Shown here in pieces: positions 18,412 to 26,867 of a stretch of DNA of 64,000 nt. The notes under the pieces are model-generated. The model ran no database searches. It worked only from the letters and a program-made list of their open reading frames with translations, and was not told where the DNA came from. Both the position numbers and the translations under genes were made by a program. Position 1 is the stretch's first letter, and every line of letters begins with the position of its first letter. Source of the stretch: Candidatus Latescibacterota bacterium (GTDB taxonomy: Bacteria; Latescibacterota; UBA2968; GCA-2709665); contig OZ220733.1 of NCBI GenBank assembly GCA_965116875.1, positions 4,576,001 to 4,640,000 on the forward strand, read 5' to 3'.

Positions 18412-19635
18412 TCAGATTTCCGGTCGGAATGCGGATTCGAGATGCCGGATTCGAGGCGAACTGCCGCGAAAGTGGACGGCGATCACGTCGAAGCGGGGCG
18501 CCAGGCCGTGTGATGGGTGGCGTTGAAGATACGCCTGGGCGACGCGTGCGATCTGGCGCTGTTTTTCAGGTGTCACGCGGGTTTCAGGGGGACCGAAGCC
18601 CTCTGATGCGCGGGTCTTCACTTCGACAAACGCGATAATATGACCTTTGGTGACGATCAGATCGATTTCTCCGCCAGCCGCACGGTAATTTCGACGGAGA
18701 ATCCGGTACCCCGTTCTCGCGAGCGTGCCCGCGGCCGCGTTCTCGCCCCTTGTTCCGGTCCGGAAGAGTTGAGATTGCGCATTCGCGGCGGGAGGCGGTA
18801 GTCCATCCTTGCCCGCCGCGCCTCCGGTTGTTCCGGCCATTTCCAACGCGCATTCGGCATGGGAGCCGGACCGCACGCCACGAAAGGATAGCCGGTGGAT
18901 CCGGCAGGGGCCATGTATGCGGAGGGCCCGCCGGTGGTCCGCGCTGCCGTACCCCTTGTGGTCTGCGAAACCGTATTCGGGGAATTCGCTATGAAAGGCA
19001 GCCATCATGCGATCTCTTGTCACTTTGGCGAGTATGGATGCGGCCGCTATGGAGAGGGAAGCGGCGTCACCGTCGATCACCGCGGATTCAGGGAAGGCGC
19101 TCCCGGGCACCCCGTTGCCGTCCACGAGAACGCGGTCGGGCGGGACGCCAAGCCCATCGATCGCGCGGCGCATGGCGAGATAGGTGGCCTGCAGGATATT
19201 GATGCGGTCGATTTCCGCCGCAGACGCTTCGCCGATGCCGTGGGCGACGGCGGTTTCGGTGATCCGTTTGTAGAGTCCCGACCGCTTGTCCGGGGTGAGC
19301 ACTTTGGAGTCGTTCAGGCCGGGAATCAACGCCTCCCGGGGAAGGATCACCGCGGCGGCCACCACGGGACCCGCGAGGGGCCCGCGACCGGCTTCGTCGA
19401 CTCCGGCGATGCGGTGAAGACCCCGCTCGTACAGTCGATTTTCCAGAGCCTGCATTTTTTCCAGGCGTGCGCGTTCCGCCGCGACGGATTTTCGACGTCG
19501 ACGCTCTTTGAGGGCCAGACGGCGCACCCCGGCGCGAGGATCGGCATCCAGCAACTCCAGAAGGGCCGCATTGATATCATCCGGACGCTGGAGCAGGTCC
19601 CGCACTTGAGCAATGGTGAGATCGGATACGTTCAT
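18412..19635 (-). CDS. rnhB: Ribonuclease HII fused in frame to a C-terminal YraN (UPF0102) nuclease-like domain
   Basis: AGVDEAGRGPLAGPVVAAA, LNDSK, AAASILAKVTRD, then GENAA..L...GYRILRRN, GEIDLI, FVEVKTR, RFDVIAV, HLESAF. Confidence 0.9.
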   Translation of the reverse strand: MNVSDLTIAQVRDLLQRPDDINAALLELLDADPRAGVRRLALKERRRRKSVAAERARLEKMQALENRLYERGLHRIAGVDEAGRGPLAGPVVAAAVILPREALIPGLNDSKVLTPDKRSGLYKRITETAVAHGIGEASAAEIDRINILQATYLAMRRAIDGLGVPPDRVLVDGNGVPGSAFPESAVIDGDAASLSIAAASILAKVTRDRMMAAFHSEFPEYGFADHKGYGSADHRRALRIHGPCRIHRLSFRGVRSGSHAECALEMAGTTGGAAGKDGLPPPAANAQSQLFRTGTRGENAAAGTLARTGYRILRRNYRAAGGEIDLIVTKGHIIAFVEVKTRASEGFGPPETRVTPEKQRQIARVAQAYLQRHPSHGLAPRFDVIAVHFRGSSPRIRHLESAFRPEI

Positions 19636-19932
19636 GGAGTACGAACAGATGGCAGGAGGCCGCGGAAATCGAGCCAACGGTCATCGGTACTGTGCCGGAA
19701 ACGTGGTCGAAAGCCCTGAACACCAGGGTATTCCCACTGAATTATGGATGAACTCCCGAAAACATGCAAGAAAAAGCGGCCCGTGCGTTGCGGGAAGCAG
19801 GAAGCACCCCCGGAAGGTACGGGTCGTCCATCGACAGCCGAAAGTTGAAATCCCGAATTGTTGTTCATATATTTATCAGATTGCCGGATGTAGATCACGA
19901 AGCGTACCGGACAAAGGGTGGGAGTATCTGCC

Positions 19933-21699
19933 GTGGAACCGCGTTCGAAAACTGAGAATCTCCGAAAGCTGCTCCGATTCGTGCGTCCGTACGCACCCCG
20001 ACTGACGGCCGCGCTGGTCCTGATCGTTCTGCTGGCGTTTCTTGAGATGGCGCCGCCGCTGATTACGATGTATATCGTTGACGAGGTTATCGTGGTGGGC
20101 CGGTGGGAAATGCTGGAAGCGGCCCTGGCGTTGCTGATCCTCGTCCCCGTACTCGCCGCGGGACTGCGCGTGGTGAACGCACTGACGTTCTCATACGTCG
20201 CCAATCGCCTGGTCATGAAGGTTCGCCTGACGTTATGGGAGCATGTATTCCGCCTTTCCCTGGGATTCCATGATGAAATGGGTACCGGCAAAGTCATGTC
20301 GCGGATGATGGGCGACGTGGCAACGGTACGCCAGATGGTCTCCATGCAGATGCTGCGCGTGATAACGGATTTCGTATCGGTCGTCGCAGCCGTGAGCATC
20401 TGTTACGGGCTGAACTGGAAACTGGCGCTGCTGATGACCGTTCTCATACCCCTGTACCTTGTCAATTACAGGATTTTCATAGGGCCGATACGCGCATCAA
20501 GCCGGCGGTGGCGGCGGAAAATGGATGATGTGTCCGTGGGATTGCAGGAAAGGCTCAGCGGGGCCAGGCTGGTCAAGTCCTACGGGCGGGAAAGACGAGA
20601 AGACAGGGCGTTCGCGGCGGAGACCAGGGAGGGCCTTTCGTTCGCAATGCAGACGCAGACGTCCCGGGCGTCGGCAAGCGCCGGCTTCTGGGTGGTCTCC
20701 GGGCTGCGCAACACCCTGATTTTCTGCCTGGGCTGTTATTTCGTCATCCAGGGAGAGATGACGTACGGCGCGGTTATGGCGTTCCTTTCGTACGCAATGC
20801 GTGTATTCCAGCCGGTTTTGAATCTTCTGAGCGTCGGCATTCGATTTGAGCAGATGATGGTCTCCGTGGATCGTATCTATGAAGTGCTGGATCATCCGGT
20901 TGAAATCCGGGACGCCGGTCACGCCACGGATCTTCCGCCGGTGCGCGGACACGTCGTATTCGACCGCGTCTGGTTTGAGTACAAGGCCGGGGAGCCCGTG
21001 TTGAAGGATATCTGCCTTGACGTGCACCCCGGTCAGATGGTGGCGCTGGTAGGCCATACGGGATGCGGCAAGTCCACGCTGACCAGCCTGCTGATGCGCT
21101 ATTACGACGTTACGGAAGGGGTGATCACGGTGGACGGGCACGATATTCGAGACGTCCGGATGAGGTCCCTGCGGAAACAGGTGGGGCAGGTACTGCAGGA
21201 CTCGGTGCTTTTCAACACGACGCTGCGCGAAAATCTCAGTTATGGAAATTCCGGGGCAACGGAACGGCAGATTATAGACGCCGCGTCGGTCGGCGAAATC
21301 CACGAATTCGCGATGCGGGCGCAGGACGGATACGACACCACGGTGGGGGATGGCGGCATCAGACTTTCGGTGGGTGAAAAGCAACGGCTCGCCATTGCCC
21401 GGGCGGTGCTGACCGATCCGGCGATTATGATTCTGGACGAGGCGACGTCGGCCCTGGACTCGCTCTCCGAAGCCCTTATCCAGAAAGCAATGGCCAACGT
21501 TCTGAAGGGACGGACGTCCTTCATTATCGCGCACCGGCTGTCAACGGTTGTAAACGCGGATCTGATCCTCGTCATGGACCGGGGCGAAATCGTGGAACGC
21601 GGCAATCACGAGTCGTTGGTGAAAATCCCGAACGGAAAGTACAAAAGCCTCATCGATCAGCAGTTTGCCGGCAGTGTGTCCGTGGAAGACGCGGGTTAG
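19933..21699 (+). CDS. ABC exporter, fused permease/ATP-binding subunit (MsbA-like; degenerate signature)
   Basis: Multi-TM domain, Walker A GHTGCGKST, LSVGEKQR, ILDEATSALD. Confidence 0.92.
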   Translation: MEPRSKTENLRKLLRFVRPYAPRLTAALVLIVLLAFLEMAPPLITMYIVDEVIVVGRWEMLEAALALLILVPVLAAGLRVVNALTFSYVANRLVMKVRLTLWEHVFRLSLGFHDEMGTGKVMSRMMGDVATVRQMVSMQMLRVITDFVSVVAAVSICYGLNWKLALLMTVLIPLYLVNYRIFIGPIRASSRRWRRKMDDVSVGLQERLSGARLVKSYGRERREDRAFAAETREGLSFAMQTQTSRASASAGFWVVSGLRNTLIFCLGCYFVIQGEMTYGAVMAFLSYAMRVFQPVLNLLSVGIRFEQMMVSVDRIYEVLDHPVEIRDAGHATDLPPVRGHVVFDRVWFEYKAGEPVLKDICLDVHPGQMVALVGHTGCGKSTLTSLLMRYYDVTEGVITVDGHDIRDVRMRSLRKQVGQVLQDSVLFNTTLRENLSYGNSGATERQIIDAASVGEIHEFAMRAQDGYDTTVGDGGIRLSVGEKQRLAIARAVLTDPAIMILDEATSALDSLSEALIQKAMANVLKGRTSFIIAHRLSTVVNADLILVMDRGEIVERGNHESLVKIPNGKYKSLIDQQFAGSVSVEDAG

Positions 21700-21756
21700 G
21701 CAGTTCAGATACACACTGGCCGAAAAACGCCGGATGCTGTGCGGCGGGCACGCCTT

Positions 21757-23724
21757 ATGAACTCCAATTTCGCCAGATTCGTCAGGACGTATCTACGGCC
21801 GTTTCGTTTTCGCGTTGTCCTGGTTATGGGCCTCGCCGGCATATCCGGATCGTATTTCTACGTACTCGGATTCATAACCAAGACGACCGTTGACGATGTC
21901 CTGCAGATCAGGCCCCTGTCTGAGGAGACGTCCGGTGGCACGACGACCGGAGGGACACCGGCGAATTCGGTGGAAGACCGCTCTGCGCGGGATCCTGAGC
22001 GGGTGCTGCCACGCGGGTGGGATTCAGACCGTCCGACAACGATGAAAAGCCGCACGGAAAAAATCAGATGGCTCTGGGCCGTGTTCGCTCTTTACCTGAT
22101 CGTGCGGTTCCTTTTCGCGGGAATGACCTGGCTGTTCAATTACAATATCGCTTTTGTGGGTAACCGGCTTGTATACCGCGTGCGGCTCGACCTGCACCAG
22201 AAGGTGCAGAAACTGCAAATGACTTTCTTCGACAGGAAGCAGACCGGCAAGATTATGGCTCGAATCCTGGACGATGTTCAGTTGCTGGAGAGTGAAGTCA
22301 CCACGACACTCGTCGAAGCGATCGGCCATATGGCCAAGGTCCTGATCGGCATTGTCGTCCTGCTGCTGATCAACGTGGAACTCGCGTCGCTGGCTCTCCT
22401 GTCGCTGCCCCTTTACGCAGTTACCTACAAGCTGTTCCAACGGCCGGTTTCGGAGACGTTCGCCCGCATGCGGGAAGCCTATTCGGACACATATGGAATT
22501 CTGGAGGAACGGGTTCGAGGCATCCGGGTGGTCTACTCGTTCGCGAAAGAACGGTACGAACGCAGGTTGTTCTTCAAGCGCCTTGTCACCATTTTCCGTC
22601 TTTCATTGCGCAATTCAATGTTGAACGCGAGTCTTCGCGCCGCCTGCGCGTCCATAAGCGCCGTCGCCGTTGCGCTCATCCTGTATTGGGGAGCGCTGAT
22701 GGTACGAAGTGGCGATTTGACGGTTGGTGAGCTGATCTTCTTCAATATGTCGCTTTCCAGTCTGTTCATGCCGCTGGTGGCGCTTGCCAACGTGAATATG
22801 GTCTTCCGACAGATGGCCGTCGTCATCTCCAGGGTATTCGAAGTTCTCGACGAGAAGATTTCGATCCAGGACCGGCCCAATGCGATTCAGTTGAATCGGG
22901 TGCGCGGTCGGGTGATTTTCCGGAACGTCCGTTTCCAATACAGTGCGGTCGCGGGTGACGTAATAGAAGACCTGACCTTCTCGGTCAGGCCGGGCACTTC
23001 CGTGGCGGTTGTGGGACCTTCCGGCGCCGGCAAAAGCACGTTGTTGAGCATGTTGCTGAGGCTGTACGAACCAACCGGAGGAAGTATTCTGCTGGATGAT
23101 TACGATATTCGCGACATACGGCTTTCAAGCATCCGCAGGCACGTCAGCATGGTGCCTCAGGAACCCGTGCTGTTTTCAGGGACGATCGCCCAGAACATCG
23201 TATACGGACGGGACGGCGCCACTCCGGAACAGATCATGGAGGCCGCCAGGCGCGCTGAGCTGCATGATTTCATTATGAGCCAGCCTGAGAAATACGAAGC
23301 CCGGGTCGAGGAGGGCGGCGGCAATCTTTCCGGCGGACAAAAACAACGCCTGGCGCTGGCAATGGCGATCCTGACGGACCCTGCCATCCTGATCCTGGAC
23401 GATACCACGTCGGCGCTGGATGCCGGCACCGAGGCCCGAATCCAGAAGACCCTGGATCGTGTCATGGACGGGCGGACGACATTTGTCATCACGCACCGGG
23501 TTTCAACGGCTACCCGCACAGACAGGATCCTGGTACTCGAAAGCGGTCGAATGGCGGGATGGGGAACCCATGAGGAACTGCTGTCTCAGGGAGGAATATA
23601 CGGCCGGCTCTACGAAGAGCAGCAACGTCCGTCCGCGGCGTACGCAGGCGTGTCTGAGCCGGTCGCCGACGGCCAGGCCGGCGAGAGCCCGTCAGATGAA
23701 GATGAAATAACGAGAGGGAAGTGA
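21757..23724 (+). CDS. ABC exporter, second fused permease/ATP-binding subunit
   Basis: GPSGAGKST, LSGGQKQR, ILDDTTSALD; hydrophilic insertion between TM1 and TM2. Confidence 0.92.
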   Translation: MNSNFARFVRTYLRPFRFRVVLVMGLAGISGSYFYVLGFITKTTVDDVLQIRPLSEETSGGTTTGGTPANSVEDRSARDPERVLPRGWDSDRPTTMKSRTEKIRWLWAVFALYLIVRFLFAGMTWLFNYNIAFVGNRLVYRVRLDLHQKVQKLQMTFFDRKQTGKIMARILDDVQLLESEVTTTLVEAIGHMAKVLIGIVVLLLINVELASLALLSLPLYAVTYKLFQRPVSETFARMREAYSDTYGILEERVRGIRVVYSFAKERYERRLFFKRLVTIFRLSLRNSMLNASLRAACASISAVAVALILYWGALMVRSGDLTVGELIFFNMSLSSLFMPLVALANVNMVFRQMAVVISRVFEVLDEKISIQDRPNAIQLNRVRGRVIFRNVRFQYSAVAGDVIEDLTFSVRPGTSVAVVGPSGAGKSTLLSMLLRLYEPTGGSILLDDYDIRDIRLSSIRRHVSMVPQEPVLFSGTIAQNIVYGRDGATPEQIMEAARRAELHDFIMSQPEKYEARVEEGGGNLSGGQKQRLALAMAILTDPAILILDDTTSALDAGTEARIQKTLDRVMDGRTTFVITHRVSTATRTDRILVLESGRMAGWGTHEELLSQGGIYGRLYEEQQRPSAAYAGVSEPVADGQAGESPSDEDEITRGK

Positions 23725-23773
23725 GAACCGGGCGGGACCTCCCTCGACGCAAAGTGACGACAGGTCCTGGCCA

Positions 23774-24550
23774 TTATTGTTCGTCATTCGTCTGGAGTTG
23801 AAGAAGAAGCGTCTCGTCGTCACCGCTGTATTTCTTGATGCACAGGTCGCAATCCGGACAGGGCCGGTTGTAGCAGTTCTTATGCACCCGGATCGGATAC
23901 TGACTCTGAAACGCTTCCGAACAATGCTTCGAGCAGAAGACGTAGCGGTCCTGAAAGCTGCCGAAGGCGGCGTAGGTGACGATGACGTCCTCTTCGGCCT
24001 GTTTCAGGTTCTTTTCACACCAGCTGCAGATGCCGGCCTGCTCTCGTGCGCGCGCCGTGCGCTTTTTTTCGATTTCTTCGTCGGACCAGACGTATTCTAT
24101 GTGCTGCACGTTGTCTTTGGTGACTTTCGCGCGTACCACGCCGTCCGTAATGCCCAGAATATAGTCGCCCTGGGTGTCGAACGTGGTGCCGCATTCGATG
24201 TTGTGCCCGGTTTTCAGGTGGATGACGGACTTGCCCTCTTCGGGCGAGATGAACGAAAACCATCCGCAGCCCGCGCAGACGCTGGTAAAGAGGAATTGCC
24301 GCGTCTTCTGGCCGCAGGCAGGACAACGGCCTTCCTCCATCATCCGGATGTCCTGGAGCGTGGTTCTTGCGGCCTTCCTGACGGCGGCGTCGATCTCCTC
24401 CATCGTTTCGTCGAGGTCGTCCGTGTCGGTCTCGGAAAGCAGATGCATGGCTTCTTCAACTTCTTCCGTCTGGCCCTCGATTACGATCTGTCTCTCGCGG
24501 CTCGAAGCCGGATTTTCTTCCTCGTCGCGCTTGAAGATGCCCTTTAACAT
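23774..24550 (-). CDS. Hypothetical Cys-rich multi-zinc-finger protein
   Basis: CPAC, CAGC, CSWC, FCSKHC, CYNRPCPDCDLC; SD GAGG; acidic N-terminus. Confidence 0.75.
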   Translation of the reverse strand: MLKGIFKRDEEENPASSRERQIVIEGQTEEVEEAMHLLSETDTDDLDETMEEIDAAVRKAARTTLQDIRMMEEGRCPACGQKTRQFLFTSVCAGCGWFSFISPEEGKSVIHLKTGHNIECGTTFDTQGDYILGITDGVVRAKVTKDNVQHIEYVWSDEEIEKKRTARAREQAGICSWCEKNLKQAEEDVIVTYAAFGSFQDRYVFCSKHCSEAFQSQYPIRVHKNCYNRPCPDCDLCIKKYSGDDETLLLQLQTNDEQ

Positions 24551-24666
24551 ATGGCCTCACCCGAATCTAACTTTGATTCATCACTTTTCGGTGACGTTCG
24601 TTCGTATATGTGCGAGTTGACAAAGGCGATTCAACTGCGGATACCCAGGATACACCCGGTCGCTGG

Positions 24667-24757
24667 ACGTCAACTGAAAAAATGTCCTTCCATACGACGT
24701 TGACGCCCCGTTTCGGAGAGTTTTATCACGACGCCCGGTTGCTTTTTTAATCTGGGC
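24667..24757 (-). repeat. Conserved ~90-nt intergenic element, copy A
   Basis: Reverse complement aligns with 52083-52176; identical core GCAACCGGGCGTCGTGATAAAAC. Confidence 0.8.
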
Positions 24758-24965
24758 TGAAGCCTGCGTCGCTCTCCACGTGGAGTGCGCAGGGGGATCG
24801 ACGAACACTGAATACCGCTGACACGGGCCCTGAATCTCGCGTCTATTATCTGCGAAGCGGTACTTTAAAAAACACAAGGCCCGGCGCTTACGGGTCGCAT
24901 AAAATATAACGACGGACTGCCGATAAGTCAATTTCCCCGATCGCGAACGGATATTCTCTCAGGGA

Positions 24966-25736
24966 TCAGAGGCGCCTCAGGTGAAAGCCGCCGTCGACCG
25001 GGATCGCGGCGCCCGTTGTAAAATCGAAATAGCCCAGCGCCACGGCGGCTGCGGCTTTCCCCACGTCTTCGGGCAGACCCCATCGCCGGATGGGCGTAAG
25101 GCCCTCCGCGATTCGACGGTCGTACATCTCTCTGACCTGGCCCGTCATATCCGTTTTGATGATGCCGGGCTGGATTTCGTTGACGGTGATTCCGTGTTCG
25201 GCCAGTCTGACCGCAAAAAGCACGGTCATCATGCTGAGGCCCGCCTTGGAGATACAGTACTCGCCCCTGGACGTGGAGCCTGCGAAGGCTGAGATCGACG
25301 TGATGTTTACGATTCTGGCCTTCGGCACAATCCCGTCTCTGGTGAGTTGAATCATTTGGTTGGCAGCCAGCTGGGTCAGAAAGTAGGGGCCCTTGAGGTT
25401 GGTGTCGAGAACTTCATCGTAACACTCGGGCGTCGATTCCAGAATATCCGCACGGACGCGCGGGGCGATGCCGGCGTTGTTTACGAGCAGATCGATACGG
25501 CCGAATTCTTCCATGGTGAATTCGATCAGGCGTCGGCTGTCCTCCGGAACCGCGACAGAGGCCCTGCAGATTCGCGGCCGGCTGTTTCTCTTGCGGATCT
25601 CGTCGGCAGTCTGCTTTGCGGCATCCCGATTTTTTTCGTAATTGACAACGATGTCATAACCGGCGTCGGCCAGACAACAGGCGATGGCCCGGCCGATCCC
25701 CCGGCTCGAGCCCGTTACGAGTGCGACTGGCGTCAT
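24966..25736 (-). CDS. SDR family oxidoreductase (3-ketoacyl-ACP reductase-like)
   Basis: TGSSRGIG, NNAG, YCISK, DGG. Confidence 0.92.
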   Translation of the reverse strand: MTPVALVTGSSRGIGRAIACCLADAGYDIVVNYEKNRDAAKQTADEIRKRNSRPRICRASVAVPEDSRRLIEFTMEEFGRIDLLVNNAGIAPRVRADILESTPECYDEVLDTNLKGPYFLTQLAANQMIQLTRDGIVPKARIVNITSISAFAGSTSRGEYCISKAGLSMMTVLFAVRLAEHGITVNEIQPGIIKTDMTGQVREMYDRRIAEGLTPIRRWGLPEDVGKAAAAVALGYFDFTTGAAIPVDGGFHLRRL

Positions 25737-25994
25737 GGTTTCATCCTGTCTGTCTTCGCCGGAACACGTCGACGGGTGGGTGTCATCCAGATACCCCGGC
25801 AATTCCGCCCTTTCAGCAGTTCATGCGCTCCGCTGCGGCGATGTCCGGCTACGGAATGTTTTTCTTTTTGACACCCGGGGCAGGGGATGCGTTCGAACCG
25901 ACTTAAAGATAGGAATTTCCGATCGGAGTTGCGGATAATTCGTGAATGCTTCGGGAAGTAAGGTACCGGATCGCCATCACAAGGGAGGCAGGTT

Positions 25995-26765
25995 GTGGAA
26001 AATCACGTATCGGGACGCGTCGCGGGTCGGGTCGCCATTATAACGGGGGCGGCATCGGGGATTGGCGAGCGCACGGCGACGATGCTGGCTGCTGAAGGCG
26101 CCCGCGTAACCGTGGCGGACGTGGACGTTGCGGGCGGGCTGCAGACCGTGGAGAGCATTGCAGCCGACGGTGGAGAGGCGGTTTTTGTCGAAGCCGACGT
26201 GAGTGAGGCACAGCAGGTGCGACGGATGGTCTCGCAGACCGTGGACGCGTTCGGCAGGCTGGATATACTCCACAACAACGCGATCTGGTATCGCAATGCG
26301 CCGGCCACGGAACTGGAGGAATCCGTGTGGGACAGGACGTTGAACACGGGATTGAAAGCGATCTTCCTGGCTGCAAAGTACGCCGTTCCGGCGATGTTGA
26401 AAACCGGCGGCGGGTCGATCGTCAACACGGGTTCGGTACACTCCCTGGTCGGGTTCGAGACGAATACGGCCTATGATGCCGCCAAGGCCGGAGTGCTGGG
26501 CATTACACGGGTCCTGGCGCTGGACTACGGGCCCGCAATCCGTGTAAACGCCGTGCTTCCCGGCGCGATTCAGACGCCGCTCTGGGATCGGGTTGAGGTC
26601 TCCGCCGATGAACGGCGCAGGTTGGCCGAAATGGTTCCGGCGAAGCGGGTTGGCACCCCGGCCGACGTCGCGTCCGCCGTACTCTTCCTGGCTTCTGAGG
26701 AGGCGTCATTCATCACAGGCACGTCGCTCGTCGTGGATGGAGGACTGCTGGCGCGTACGATGTAA
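25995..26765 (+). CDS. SDR family oxidoreductase
   Basis: TGAASGIG, NNA, YDAAK, VDGG. Confidence 0.92.
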   Translation: MENHVSGRVAGRVAIITGAASGIGERTATMLAAEGARVTVADVDVAGGLQTVESIAADGGEAVFVEADVSEAQQVRRMVSQTVDAFGRLDILHNNAIWYRNAPATELEESVWDRTLNTGLKAIFLAAKYAVPAMLKTGGGSIVNTGSVHSLVGFETNTAYDAAKAGVLGITRVLALDYGPAIRVNAVLPGAIQTPLWDRVEVSADERRRLAEMVPAKRVGTPADVASAVLFLASEEASFITGTSLVVDGGLLARTM

Positions 26766-26783
26766 ACGGAAGACCCGCCTTAA

Positions 26784-26867
26784 CAACCCGTTGAAAAAGC
26801 CCATCCGGGCTGCCTGTCTGCCAAGACTTCACTGGCAGGCCTGCAGAGCGACTTAATCACCAGACTG
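26784..26867. mobile_element. Short MITE-like element flanked by TTAA direct repeats
   Basis: Ends CAACCCGTTGAAAAAG...CTTAATCACCAGACTG shared with 32825-32984; TTAA on both sides. Confidence 0.7.

Noticed and set aside
23777-24547. 256-aa plus-strand ORF mirroring the Zn-finger gene (similarly 3145-4206, 12668-13645, 13899-14870, 27126-28421, 56610-57854)
   Set aside because: In-register antisense shadows lacking recognisable domains or supporting signals.
24581-24931. Similar peptides KKATGRRDKT...GRTFF in ORFs 24581-24931 and 52030-52344 suggesting paralogous small proteins
   Set aside because: Similarity is confined to the ~90-nt DNA element, the ORF starts and ends are unrelated, and the second overlaps real genes; treated as a non-coding element.
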